NCBI GenBank assembly: GCA_036229005.1
Contig: JAZAMN010000059.1
Location: 96,001 to 160,000, forward strand
DNA: 64,000 nucleotides
From: Myxococcota bacterium
GTDB taxonomy: Bacteria > Myxococcota_A > UBA796 > CAJQPC01
Direction: 5' to 3'
The notes under the pieces were generated by a model. It saw only the letters and a program-made list of their open reading frames with translations, was not told the origin of the DNA and searched no databases. Positions 48,299 to 58,014 of the stretch are shown in pieces. Positions within the stretch are counted from its first letter, which is position 1; each line of letters starts with the position of its first letter. Made by a program: the position numbers and the translations under genes.

Positions 48299-51200
48299 GT
48301 GCCCCTGTTGCTTGCCCTGGCTTGTGCCACAGATCCCCAGGTGGAGACCGTCGCTGGAGAGGGCCTCGCCTTCTGCCTGGGCGATGACACCGTCCTGGTC
48401 CAGGCCACCCACCCCATGCTGGCCCCCCTGGCCGTCGGGCTGCTGGATGAGCCCAGCCTGGCCTCGCCGACGCTGAGGTTGCGACACAGTGGCGGGGTCT
48501 GCGATGGGTGCCGAGGTACGGGCGATGCGCGCAGCGTGCCCCTCAACCGCCTCTCCTGGCTTGGACCCGAGACCATCGAGATCAGCCTGGACGCCGGCCA
48601 GGCGCTGGAGCCGGGGGTGTGGGACCTGGAGATCACCAGCCCCGAGGGGGAGGAGGGTCTGATCAGCGGGCTCTTCCTGGTCCTGCCCCAGCCCGACACG
48701 GAGGGGCCCACCCCCTCTTCCGTCTGCTACCAGGCGGACACCCAGGAGCTCACGTTCGCCGGCGAGGGACTGCTGAGCTGGAACGACACCCTCCCCATCG
48801 CGGAGCTGGTGACCGGAGAGCAGGCCCTCTCGGCCCTGGAGGACTGCGAGCCCCTGGCCCTGGACCACCCCGGCCAGGTCTGCGAGACCGCCCTGCTGGA
48901 CATCGCGCCCAGCGCCATGGCCATCGGACACCAGAGCGTGTTCCTGTGGAACCCGGCGCCCGCGGACTGTGAGGGCTCCGCCCCCGTCGAGCTGGAGATC
49001 GTGTCCGCCCCCACCGTGGACGAGGTCAGCCCCGAGGCCGTCTGCACCGGCGGTGGCACCGTGACCCTGACCGGGCGCGGGCTGGTGGAGGGCACCCAGG
49101 TGTTCGCCGGCGAGCAGGAGCTGGACACCACCTGGATCTCCGAGGCCGCGGTCGAGGTCGACACCACGCCGCTCTCGGTGGGCAGCTACGACCTGAGCGT
49201 GGTGATCCCCGGGGGCTGCGGCGCCGAGCTGAGCAGCGCCCTGCAGGTGAGCGAGACGCCGCTGGTGTTCTACGTCGACCCGCCGGTGATCCACCCCAAC
49301 GTGGAGACCACCCTGACGGCCTACGTGGCCGACCTCTCCGGCCAAGTCCAGGAGGCCTGGATCACCGACAGCGACGGCGTGCGCACCGAGGTCGACTGGC
49401 GCTGGGACGCGAGCGACGCCGGGCGCCTCTACTTCACGCCCCCCGCCTACATGGCCAACGGGGAGTACAGCCTGCATCTGGTGCAGGACGGCTCCTGCGA
49501 AGGCGAGTTCACCGGCAGCTTCCGCATGCGCCGCTACTCCCCCATCGAGCTGGACCGCCTGGACCCGGCCTTTGCGTGGACCTTCTCGCGCAGCCCAGTG
49601 GAAATCTACGCCCTGGAGAGCGGCGAGCCCTTCCAGGCCACCCCCCGGGTCTACCTGATGGGCCCCGATCGGGAGGCGGGCACCTACCCCCTGCTGGGTG
49701 TGCGCATGGAGGACGACTTCCTGCTGCGCGCGACGGTCCCCGAGAGCCTGCCGGTGGGCACCTACAGCCTGCTCGTGCTCAACCCCGACGAGTCGATGGG
49801 CCTGATGGAGGACGCCCTGGAGGTCAGCGGCCAGGCCCCCCCCACCATCGAGGCCGTCACCCCCAGCTCCCTGGACAAGTCCAACCCGGAGCTGGTGGAG
49901 ATCCTGGGCCGCGATTTCCGCGACGCAACGGTCACCCTGAGCTGCGATGACGGAGGCGGCCCGGAGGAGGTCAGCACCACGGTGGTCAGCGAGACCTACG
50001 GCCTGCTGGAGATCCAGGTCCCGTCCACCGGCTACAACGGCGCGGTCTGCACGGTCCAGGTGGTCAACGCGGACGGCTCCGCGGCGGTCTTCTCGGCCAT
50101 CTCGGTGCGCAACCCCAGCCAGAACCTCTTCCCCTGGAGCGCCGGCCCCGACATGGTGGAGGCCCGCCGCTCCCCCGCGACGGACGCCGCCCGCCTGGAC
50201 TCGGTGACCCGCTACCTGCTGGCCGCGGGAGGCGACGGCGGAGACACCAGCACCGCGATGGACAGCATCGAGGTCGCGGACATCGGCGTCTACGGCGAGC
50301 TGGGCACCTGGACCCTGCTGGACCAGACCCTGCCCGGCCCCCGCAGCGGCGCGACCCTGATCAGCCTGCACCCCTACGTGTACGTCATCGGCGGGCACGA
50401 CGGGACCAGCGCCACCGACACCCTGTACCGGGCCGAGGTGCTGGACCCCAACGACGCCCCGCTGATCGAGTCCGTGAACATGGCCCGCAAGTCCACGGGG
50501 CTGGAGCCGGGCACCTGGCGCTACCGCGTGTCGGCGGTGTTCCCCGCCTACGACTACAGCAACCCCAAGGGCGAGGGCCTGCCCAGCGAGCCCCTGATCC
50601 TGGTGCTCCCCGAGGTCTCCGGCGGCGTGCTCCGCCCCACCCTGAACTGGACCAGCGTGGACGGCGCCGTGCGCTACCGGGTCTACCGCAGCCCCAGCGC
50701 GGACGCGGCCCAGGGCAGCGAGGAGCTGGTCGCCGAGGTGAGCACCACCAGCTTCACCGACACCGGCCTGGAGACGGACCCCAGCGTGCTCCCCTTGGTG
50801 CCCGGCTCCCTGGGCGAGTGGAAGGAGCTGAACAGCCTCAAGACGGCCCGCGCCTTCCACTGCAGCACCCTGGCCTACGACCCCGAGACCGACCCCGAGA
50901 ACGCCTACCTCTACGTGGGCGGCGGGCTGGACGCGGACGACAACCCGCTGGACAGCGTCGAGTACCTCAAGGTGCGCATCGAGGGCCCCAAGACCCAGAC
51001 CACGGGCGCCTGGAAGGTCAGCGCGAACACCCTGGACACGGCCCGCTACGGCTGCGCCGCCTACACCATCGACGCCGAGAACCACTCGGTCGTCGAGCTG
51101 GACGAGTCCTGGGTGGTGTTCGCCGGCGGCATGACCAAGACCAAGGCCACCGGTGAGGCCCAGGCCGGGCTGGTCGGCAACGGCGGCGAGCTCGACGACT

Positions 51201-51487
51201 GGCAGTCCATCCAGAGCATCAGCCCCGCCCGCGCCGGCATGGGCTCCGCGAGCGCCAACGACAGCCTCTACGCCTTCGGCGGCCAGAAGGGCGAGCCCAA
51301 CGGGACCTCGACCTCCGCGGCCCTCACCGTGGCGCCGGACCTGGCCAACTGGAACAGCCTGAGCACCTCCCTGCTGAGCCCCCGCGTGTGGGTGGGCTCG
51401 GCCCAGGAGAGCGCCGTCATCCTGATCGTCGGCGGAGAGACCAACGACGAGGCCGCCACCAGGAGCACCGAATGGACCAACTACTGA
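48299..51487 (+). CDS. Large lipoprotein with IPT/TIG-like Ig domains and Kelch repeats
   Basis: MPLLLALAC; PTVDEVSP..GG.VTLTG.G; Kelch-like YVIGG, LYVGGG, LYAFGG. Confidence 0.85.
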   Translation: MPLLLALACATDPQVETVAGEGLAFCLGDDTVLVQATHPMLAPLAVGLLDEPSLASPTLRLRHSGGVCDGCRGTGDARSVPLNRLSWLGPETIEISLDAGQALEPGVWDLEITSPEGEEGLISGLFLVLPQPDTEGPTPSSVCYQADTQELTFAGEGLLSWNDTLPIAELVTGEQALSALEDCEPLALDHPGQVCETALLDIAPSAMAIGHQSVFLWNPAPADCEGSAPVELEIVSAPTVDEVSPEAVCTGGGTVTLTGRGLVEGTQVFAGEQELDTTWISEAAVEVDTTPLSVGSYDLSVVIPGGCGAELSSALQVSETPLVFYVDPPVIHPNVETTLTAYVADLSGQVQEAWITDSDGVRTEVDWRWDASDAGRLYFTPPAYMANGEYSLHLVQDGSCEGEFTGSFRMRRYSPIELDRLDPAFAWTFSRSPVEIYALESGEPFQATPRVYLMGPDREAGTYPLLGVRMEDDFLLRATVPESLPVGTYSLLVLNPDESMGLMEDALEVSGQAPPTIEAVTPSSLDKSNPELVEILGRDFRDATVTLSCDDGGGPEEVSTTVVSETYGLLEIQVPSTGYNGAVCTVQVVNADGSAAVFSAISVRNPSQNLFPWSAGPDMVEARRSPATDAARLDSVTRYLLAAGGDGGDTSTAMDSIEVADIGVYGELGTWTLLDQTLPGPRSGATLISLHPYVYVIGGHDGTSATDTLYRAEVLDPNDAPLIESVNMARKSTGLEPGTWRYRVSAVFPAYDYSNPKGEGLPSEPLILVLPEVSGGVLRPTLNWTSVDGAVRYRVYRSPSADAAQGSEELVAEVSTTSFTDTGLETDPSVLPLVPGSLGEWKELNSLKTARAFHCSTLAYDPETDPENAYLYVGGGLDADDNPLDSVEYLKVRIEGPKTQTTGAWKVSANTLDTARYGCAAYTIDAENHSVVELDESWVVFAGGMTKTKATGEAQAGLVGNGGELDDWQSIQSISPARAGMGSASANDSLYAFGGQKGEPNGTSTSAALTVAPDLANWNSLSTSLLSPRVWVGSAQESAVILIVGGETNDEAATRSTEWTNY

Positions 51488-52215
51488 TGCCTCTGGGACT
51501 GCTGGCCCACCTCTTGGGCCCGGTGGTGGCCCAGGACACCGAAACACCCCCGCCCACCAGCGAGGACACCCCGGCGCCGACCGAGCCCGAAGCCGCCGAA
51601 TCGGATGCCGCCGAGGAGGATCTGGAGGCCGACGACTGGACCCCCGATCAGGCCAAGGCCCCGCCCCCCGAGCTGCCCTGGCGCAGCCTCTCCGCGGGCG
51701 GAACCCTCGGCCTGGCCATCCCGCGCAGCGGCCTGGAGGCCGGCCCCGCGCTGGCCCTGGAGGCCCGCTGGCGCCCCGAGGCGCTCCAGGGCCGCGTCCA
51801 GCCCACCCTGGCGCTGTCCCGCGCCTCCGTGAGCACCAGCGGCACCCTGGAGGACGACGCCTTCTCCACCGCCTACCGCTGGAGCCTCTCGCAGGCCCAG
51901 CTCGCGCTCCAGCCCGGCGTCACCCTGCGCGTGCTGGCACCCGCTGAGCGCGCCCAGCCCGAGCTGCGCCTGGCCCCCAGCCTGGTGCGCACGCGGTCCA
52001 CGCTCCAGGGCCAGCTCGAGGGCCAGACCCCGCCGGTGCGCGAGACCCTGTGGTCCGTGGGCTGGGTGGCCTCGCCTGGCCTCGCTGTCGCGCTCCCCGC
52101 TGGGGAGCTGATGATGCACCTGGAGGTCCAGAGGGTGAGCCAAGCCGGCGCGCTCACCGGCGCAGCCCCTGGCCTCCAGCTCTCCCCCACCCTCGGCTAC
52201 CAGCAGCTCTTCTGA
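51487..52215 (+). CDS. Putative small outer-membrane beta-barrel protein with an acidic/Pro N-terminal linker
   Basis: TGATG overlap with the upstream gene; amphipathic strands; C-terminal TLGYQQLF. Confidence 0.65.
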   Translation: MPLGLLAHLLGPVVAQDTETPPPTSEDTPAPTEPEAAESDAAEEDLEADDWTPDQAKAPPPELPWRSLSAGGTLGLAIPRSGLEAGPALALEARWRPEALQGRVQPTLALSRASVSTSGTLEDDAFSTAYRWSLSQAQLALQPGVTLRVLAPAERAQPELRLAPSLVRTRSTLQGQLEGQTPPVRETLWSVGWVASPGLAVALPAGELMMHLEVQRVSQAGALTGAAPGLQLSPTLGYQQLF

Positions 52216-52226
52216 GAGGATCCCCC

Positions 52227-53741
52227 ATGTTCTTGATGCTGCTCGCGTGCTCGGATCACGGGCTGAACATCCAGACCGACGACCCCTGGGCCGGTGACCC
52301 CGCGATCGAGGTGACGCCCCCCACCCTGGACTTCCTGACCCAGGACCTGGGCGAGGTGACCGAGCGGGAGGTCGAGGCCTTCTCGGTGGGCGTCGGGGTG
52401 CTCTCCATCCAGGGCCTGCGCATCGAAGGTGACGAGGGCTTCTCCGTGGACGAGGAGACCTACGCCGACCTGCTGCCCGGCGAGTCCCTGCAGATCCCGG
52501 TTTCCTTCACGCCGTCCATGCCCGGCCCCCACTCCGCCACCCTGTTCGTCCTCAGCGACGACCCCGAGCGCCCCGAGGTGGAGGTCGCCCTGAGCGGGGA
52601 CGGCCTGACCCCCTGGCTGGTGGTCACCCCCAGCAGCCACGACTACGGCGAGGAGCTGCTGGGCTGCCCCATGTCCGAGACCCTGGTCGTCCAGAACGTG
52701 GGCAACGCGGACCTGGAGCTCAGCGCCATCGAGACCCTCTCCAGCGAGGCCTTCACCGTGGTCGAGCTGCCCGAGCTCCCCACCACCCTCACCCCCGGGG
52801 CCTGGCTGGAGCTGCCCGTGCAGTGGGAGCCCAGCACCATCGGCAGCGAGTCCGGCGGCCAGCGCTTCGTCTCCAACGACCCCCGCGGAGACCTGCAGGT
52901 CACGCAACAGGGGGTGGGGCTGGCCACCGACACGGCCACGGACAGCTTCACGATCACCGGGGATCCCCCCGTCGACATCGTGTTCGCGGTGGACCAGTCG
53001 GGGTCCATGGACAACGACGCGGCCTCCCTGGCGCTGAACTTCGAGGGCCTGATCACCACCCTGGAGGGGGTGACCAACAACTGGCACATCGGCGTGGTGA
53101 CCTACGACGACGGCTGCTTCAACCACGGGGTGCTCAGCGCCGACACCGAGAACCTGGGCGGCCTGTTCGCCGAGGCCGTCACCATGGGCACCGACCGCGA
53201 GGTCCAGGATGACGAGGCCCTGTTCAAGCTCCTGGACCGCGCCCTGCTCCAGCTCGAAGGCTGCAACGCCGGCTTCCGCCGGGAGGGCGCGCTCTTCCAC
53301 ACGGTCTTTGTCAGCGACGAGCCCGAGCGCTCCAGCGAGCAGGCCTCCGCGTGGACCTGGGAGTACTTCCACGAGCGCTACACCGCCGTGGTCCCCGACT
53401 CCCTGTTGATGGTCAGCGGGGTGATCGACGCCGACGACTGCAACGAGGGCGACGACGGCTACGCCGAGATGATCGCCGAGACCTCGGGCCTGAGCATGAG
53501 CATCTGCTCCCCCGACTGGTCGGCCTACGCCGAGGACATCGCCAACGCCAGCCTCACCCACCGCTGGACCTTCACCCTGTCGCAGGACGCGGCCGCCGGC
53601 ACGATCGTGGTGCTGGTGGACGGGGTGGAGACGAGCGCCTGGAGCTACGACGCCGCCCAGAACGCGGTGCTGCTGGAGGAGGGCCGCGACGGCCAGAGCG
53701 TCGAGGTCCAGTACTCCGTGCAGACCGAGTGCCTGAACTGA
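52227..53741 (+). CDS. Lipoprotein with two ASH/choice-of-anchor D Ig domains and a vWA domain
   Basis: MFLMLLAC; IEVTP..LDF, SDDP, SNDP; VDIVFAVDQSGSM (MIDAS), VSDEPE. Confidence 0.85.
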   Translation: MFLMLLACSDHGLNIQTDDPWAGDPAIEVTPPTLDFLTQDLGEVTEREVEAFSVGVGVLSIQGLRIEGDEGFSVDEETYADLLPGESLQIPVSFTPSMPGPHSATLFVLSDDPERPEVEVALSGDGLTPWLVVTPSSHDYGEELLGCPMSETLVVQNVGNADLELSAIETLSSEAFTVVELPELPTTLTPGAWLELPVQWEPSTIGSESGGQRFVSNDPRGDLQVTQQGVGLATDTATDSFTITGDPPVDIVFAVDQSGSMDNDAASLALNFEGLITTLEGVTNNWHIGVVTYDDGCFNHGVLSADTENLGGLFAEAVTMGTDREVQDDEALFKLLDRALLQLEGCNAGFRREGALFHTVFVSDEPERSSEQASAWTWEYFHERYTAVVPDSLLMVSGVIDADDCNEGDDGYAEMIAETSGLSMSICSPDWSAYAEDIANASLTHRWTFTLSQDAAAGTIVVLVDGVETSAWSYDAAQNAVLLEEGRDGQSVEVQYSVQTECLN

Positions 53742-53750
53742 GCGCGGTGC

Positions 53751-54089
53751 TCAGTCCTCCGGGAGCATCTTCACCCGGGTGACCTCGCGCTCGGGGAAGC
53801 AGGCGTCCTCGGGCGCAGCGACCTCGACCGTCTCGACGGTGCGGTTCCAGCCGGGGCCACCCAGGAACACCTTGTAGGCCCCTGGCTGACCGCTGCCGCA
53901 CTCCCAGTACTCCTCGCCCAGGACGCACGCGGTGGTGACGGGGGGATCGAGCTCCGCGGGGGAGGACTCGATCTCGATCTCCTCGATGAAGGCGCCAGAC
54001 TCGGTCACCGGCTCGATGTAGAAGCTCGGCGCGCCCGCGTCACAGTCGCCGACTTCGGCGCAGGCAAGGGCAAGGACAAAGAGCAACAT
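53751..54089 (-). CDS. Hypothetical lipoprotein
   Basis: MLLFVLALAC after GGAGG; four further Cys. Confidence 0.7.
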   Translation of the reverse strand: MLLFVLALACAEVGDCDAGAPSFYIEPVTESGAFIEEIEIESSPAELDPPVTTACVLGEEYWECGSGQPGAYKVFLGGPGWNRTVETVEVAAPEDACFPEREVTRVKMLPED

Positions 54090-54237
54090 CAGGAGACCTC
54101 CGGTGCCGATTCCCCTATTTGCACGGCTGCTCCAGGACAAGGGCCGCACCTCTGGAACTCCTGCGGCCCCTCCGCGCCATCGTCCCGTCACACTCCGATC
54201 CTAAACAGCAGCCATTCACCCGGAGTGGTTCATTTCC

Positions 54238-55350
54238 GTGAACGCGCCCGTCCCAGTACCTGACGCCCCTTCCACCGAAGGGTCCGCCCCAATCCGTGTC
54301 TTCATCGAGCTGATCCGCAAGGAGAGCGTCTTCCTGGCGCTGCTCCTGCTGGGCTTCGTGGTGACCGCGCTGACCTACCAGACCCCCCACATCGCCATGT
54401 GGGTGGGCTTCGGTATCGCGGCCTACTCCGCGGTGGCCAACGACTCGATCCAGACCCTGGGCACCTTCATCGCGTCCAACAAGGACAAGCCCTGGTGGGT
54501 GCTCTGGCTCTTCATGGGCGGCATCTTCCTGGCGACCGCCGCCTACTCGTGGATCAACTACGGCGGCGACGTCTCCTACGGCCGCCTGGCCTCCAAGGGC
54601 TTCGAGACCGCCCCCACCGAGTTCCAGTACCTGCAGGTGGCCGCGCCCCTGTTCCTGCTGATCCTCACCCGCCTCAAGATGCCGGTGTCCACCACCTTCC
54701 TGCTGCTGAGCTGCTTCGCCGCCAGCGGCAAGAGCATCTGGGCCGTCACCGGCAAGAGCCTCACCGGCTACGCCATCGCCTTTGTCGTCGCCATCGTCAT
54801 CTGGATGACCCTGGGTCGCCTGATGCAGCGCAAGTTCACGGGAGAGGCGCACAAGGGCTGGACCGTCGGCCAGTGGGTGATCTCCGGCGCGCTGTGGTCC
54901 GTCTGGCTGCAGCAGGACGCCGCCAACGTGGCCGTCTACCTGCCCCGCAGCCTGGGCGTCGCCGAGTTCGTGGCCTTCGCCGCGTTCATCTTCGCGGGCC
55001 TGGGCCTGCTCTTCTGGCAGGGCGGCGAGCGCATCCAGGAGGTCGTGGACGAGAAGTCCAACGTGGTGGACGTCCGCGCCGCCACGATCATCGACCTCAT
55101 CTACGCCATCATCCTCTACGTGTTCAAGGTCCAGTCCGACATCCCCATGAGCACCACCTGGGTGTTCGTCGGCCTGCTGGCCGGCCGTGAGCTGGGCATG
55201 AGCATCGTCAAGGCCCACGACCGCAGCCTCAAGAAGGCCTTCAAGATGATGGGCAAGGACCTGCGGAACGTGGCGATCGGCTTCGTCATCAGCCTGATCC
55301 TGGCCAGCGTCATCAACCCGACGATTCGGGAGGCCCTGCTGGGTCGGTGA
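54238..55350 (+). CDS. Multi-pass membrane protein, phosphate transporter (PiT)-like
   Basis: ANDSIQTLGTF, PVSTTF, QDAAN, PMSTTWVFVGLLAGRE repeated PiT-like signatures. Confidence 0.75.
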   Translation: MNAPVPVPDAPSTEGSAPIRVFIELIRKESVFLALLLLGFVVTALTYQTPHIAMWVGFGIAAYSAVANDSIQTLGTFIASNKDKPWWVLWLFMGGIFLATAAYSWINYGGDVSYGRLASKGFETAPTEFQYLQVAAPLFLLILTRLKMPVSTTFLLLSCFAASGKSIWAVTGKSLTGYAIAFVVAIVIWMTLGRLMQRKFTGEAHKGWTVGQWVISGALWSVWLQQDAANVAVYLPRSLGVAEFVAFAAFIFAGLGLLFWQGGERIQEVVDEKSNVVDVRAATIIDLIYAIILYVFKVQSDIPMSTTWVFVGLLAGRELGMSIVKAHDRSLKKAFKMMGKDLRNVAIGFVISLILASVINPTIREALLGR

Positions 55351-55861
55351 GCGTCCCCTGGAGCGCGACCAGCTCCGGGTGCTCGGGGAAGCGAGCGAGT
55401 GCGTCCTGCAAGCGGGCTTCGGCCTGCACCGTCAGGCCCTGTTGGTGCAGCCGCTCAATCGCAATGGCCTCCTGTGTCGGCGAGGTCGGGCGAGGTCCAA
55501 GCAGCCGCTGCAGGCGCTTGAGCTCGCTGCGCTGCTTGCCGGTGGCGTCCAGAGCCTCCAGGGCCCTGCGCGCGAGCCTCCCCATTCCTCGCTTGTGGGC
55601 TTCTTCCACCACGACGACCAGGCCAAAGGGGTGGCCCGAGACGGTGTGGAGGATCTCCTGCTCACCCGCCAGCCGCTCCTCCCCCGACTCCATGCTGACC
55701 CGCTGGAGCAGCTTGCGGGCCTTCTTGGTGCGGCTGTTGCGGTAGAAGAAGGGGCCCAGGGCGATCAGGATGACCACCAGGAGCACCGACCCGCCCCAGT
55801 CGGGGAGCTGGACCCCCAGCACCCCCAGCACGGTGTTCAGGAGGTCGGTCAGGTAGCGCAC
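55313..55861 (-). CDS. Hypothetical membrane-anchored helical protein
   Basis: N-terminal TM, helical C-terminus; abuts the DAHP synthase stop. Confidence 0.6.
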   Translation of the reverse strand: MRYLTDLLNTVLGVLGVQLPDWGGSVLLVVILIALGPFFYRNSRTKKARKLLQRVSMESGEERLAGEQEILHTVSGHPFGLVVVVEEAHKRGMGRLARRALEALDATGKQRSELKRLQRLLGPRPTSPTQEAIAIERLHQQGLTVQAEARLQDALARFPEHPELVALQGTLTDPAGPPESSG

Positions 55862-57187
55862 TCAGCGCTCCTGGCGCAGCCGCTGCGCGATGAGGAAGGC
55901 GATCTCCAGGGCCTGCGCGTAGTTCAGGCGGGGGTCGCAGAAGGTCTCGTAGGCGTGGGAGAGGTGGTGGTCCGCGAGCCCCTGGGGGCCGCCCACGCAC
56001 TCGGTGACGTCCTCGCCGGTCATCTCGAAGTGCACGCCACCCAGCACGCTGCCGCAGGCCTGGTGGGTGTCCATGACGGCCTTGAGCTCGCCCAGGATGT
56101 TGGCGACGTCGCGGGTCTTGAGGCCCTGCTCGGTGCTGCGGGTGTTGCCGTGCATGGGGTCGCAGGACCAGGTCACGGTGAGCCCGGCGTCCTGGATGGC
56201 GCGGATGTGCCCGGGGAGCAGCTCGGCCACGCGGCCGGCGCCGTAGCGGGTGATCAGGGTGATGCGGCCTGGGATGTCGTCCGGGTTCAGCGCGCGCACG
56301 ACCTGCACCAGCTCGTCGGGCTGCATGCTGGGCCCGCACTTGACGCCGATGGGGTTCTGGATGCCCCGGAAGTACTCGATGTGCGCGTGGTCGAGCTGGC
56401 GGGTGCGGTCGCCGATCCACAGGAAGTGGGCGCCCAGGTTGTAGTGCCCCTTGGGCGTCTGGACGGTCATGGCCTCCTCGTAGGGGAGCAGCAGGCCCTC
56501 GTGGGAGGTGAAGAACTGCACGCCCGACAGGGTGGACTGGGCGTCCGCGCCGACGGCCCCCATGAAGTCCACGGCCTCGCCGATGCGGGCCAGGATGTCC
56601 TCATAGGCGGCGCGCTTGTCCTGGGCCTGGACGAAGCCCAGATCCCAGTGCTCGGGCTGCCGCAGGTCCGCGAAGCCCCCATCCAGCAGCGCTCGCACGT
56701 AGTTCAGCGTGGTGGACGCGTGGAAGTAGGCCTGCACCAGGCGCTGGGGGTCCGGGGTGCGCTCGCTGGGGTCGTGGCCGTTGATGTGGTCGCCCCGGTA
56801 GGTGGGGATCTCCACACCGTCCACGATCTCGGTGGGCCGGGAGCGCGGCTTGGCGAACTGCCCGGCCATGCGCCCGATGCGCACCACGGGGATGCGGGCG
56901 CCCCAGGTCAGGACCACGCTCATCTGGAGCAGGATCTTGAGCTTGTTCTCGATGGCCTGCGCGTTCAGGTCGACGAAGCGCTCGGCGCAGTCGCCACCCT
57001 GGAGCACAAAGCACTCGCCGCGACCGGCGCGGGCGAGCTGCTCCCGGAGGGCGTCGACCTCTCCGGAGTGCACCAGGGGGGGCAGGGCCCGCAGGTGGTC
57101 CAAGGCCGCCTTCACGGCCTCGGGATCGTCATACTCGGGCTGCTGCCGGATGGGCAGGCCGCGCCAGCTTTGGGGGGTCCAGGTCAT
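55862..57187 (-). CDS. Class II DAHP synthase
   Basis: LQGGDCAE, GRMAGQFAKPRS, WIGDRTRQ, CDPMHGNT, CDPRLN. Confidence 0.96.
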   Translation of the reverse strand: MTWTPQSWRGLPIRQQPEYDDPEAVKAALDHLRALPPLVHSGEVDALREQLARAGRGECFVLQGGDCAERFVDLNAQAIENKLKILLQMSVVLTWGARIPVVRIGRMAGQFAKPRSRPTEIVDGVEIPTYRGDHINGHDPSERTPDPQRLVQAYFHASTTLNYVRALLDGGFADLRQPEHWDLGFVQAQDKRAAYEDILARIGEAVDFMGAVGADAQSTLSGVQFFTSHEGLLLPYEEAMTVQTPKGHYNLGAHFLWIGDRTRQLDHAHIEYFRGIQNPIGVKCGPSMQPDELVQVVRALNPDDIPGRITLITRYGAGRVAELLPGHIRAIQDAGLTVTWSCDPMHGNTRSTEQGLKTRDVANILGELKAVMDTHQACGSVLGGVHFEMTGEDVTECVGGPQGLADHHLSHAYETFCDPRLNYAQALEIAFLIAQRLRQER

Positions 57188-57235
57188 GGGGCCTGAGCTA
57201 ACCACCCAGAGCGGCTGCGTCCCGCCTCCGCCGCG

Positions 57236-57952
57236 CTACTGAGCGGCGCCCTCGGCGGCGGGAGGCTCACCAGCGGGAGCCGCCGGGGGGACCTCGCCGG
57301 CACCAGGAGCCTCACCAGCGGGGGGCTCACCACCAGCGGGAGGCGGTGGGGGCATCTCGCCTCCAGGGGGCGGCGTCGCTCCCTCTCCTGCCGGCATCTC
57401 AGCGACCGGCGGCGCGGACTCGGAGCAGTCCAGCTTGACCGTGGTGTCGGCCTCCAGGGAGATGGGCATCGACTTGTTGGCGAAGAAGATGCCGGCCTCG
57501 GAGGGGATGTTGTCGTTGTCGGTGTCGACGAAGCCCAGGACCATGCCCGTGCCGCCCTTGGGGGCCATGAAGCTGAACTCGCCAGCCTTCTCGACCTTGG
57601 CGCCGGACAGGGGGCGCGGGGGCGGGCCCTCCTCGATCGCGCCCTCCTCTCCCTCGGGGGGCGGGGGGAAGAGGTGGATCACGTAGGGACCCTCGGCGTT
57701 CTCGCAGATGAGCTCGCCGGTGATGGTCACGTGGTCCAGGTCCTTGAGGGCCTCCTGGGTGAGCTCGATCTCGGGGTCGTAGGGCGGGGGCGCGCCGGGA
57801 CCGTCCGCGGGGCCAGGCGTGGCGCCCTCGGGCGGCGGGGTGACGCCGTTGTTGTCGGGGTTCCCCATGGGGGTCCCACCGGCGCCGTTGTTCGCGCCGA
57901 CCTCGGCGGGGGGCTCAGGGCAGCCCAGGAACAGGGCGAGTGCGATCAGCAT
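57236..57952 (-). CDS. Hypothetical Pro-rich lipoprotein
   Basis: MLIALALFLGC with GGAGG RBS; Pro/Gly/Glu-rich termini. Confidence 0.78.
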   Translation of the reverse strand: MLIALALFLGCPEPPAEVGANNGAGGTPMGNPDNNGVTPPPEGATPGPADGPGAPPPYDPEIELTQEALKDLDHVTITGELICENAEGPYVIHLFPPPPEGEEGAIEEGPPPRPLSGAKVEKAGEFSFMAPKGGTGMVLGFVDTDNDNIPSEAGIFFANKSMPISLEADTTVKLDCSESAPPVAEMPAGEGATPPPGGEMPPPPPAGGEPPAGEAPGAGEVPPAAPAGEPPAAEGAAQ

Positions 57953-58014
57953 GAAGTCCTCCTGCGGGACAGACCCGCGATTGGGGGCACGATACCAAAG
58001 TCCAAAAGCGGCCC

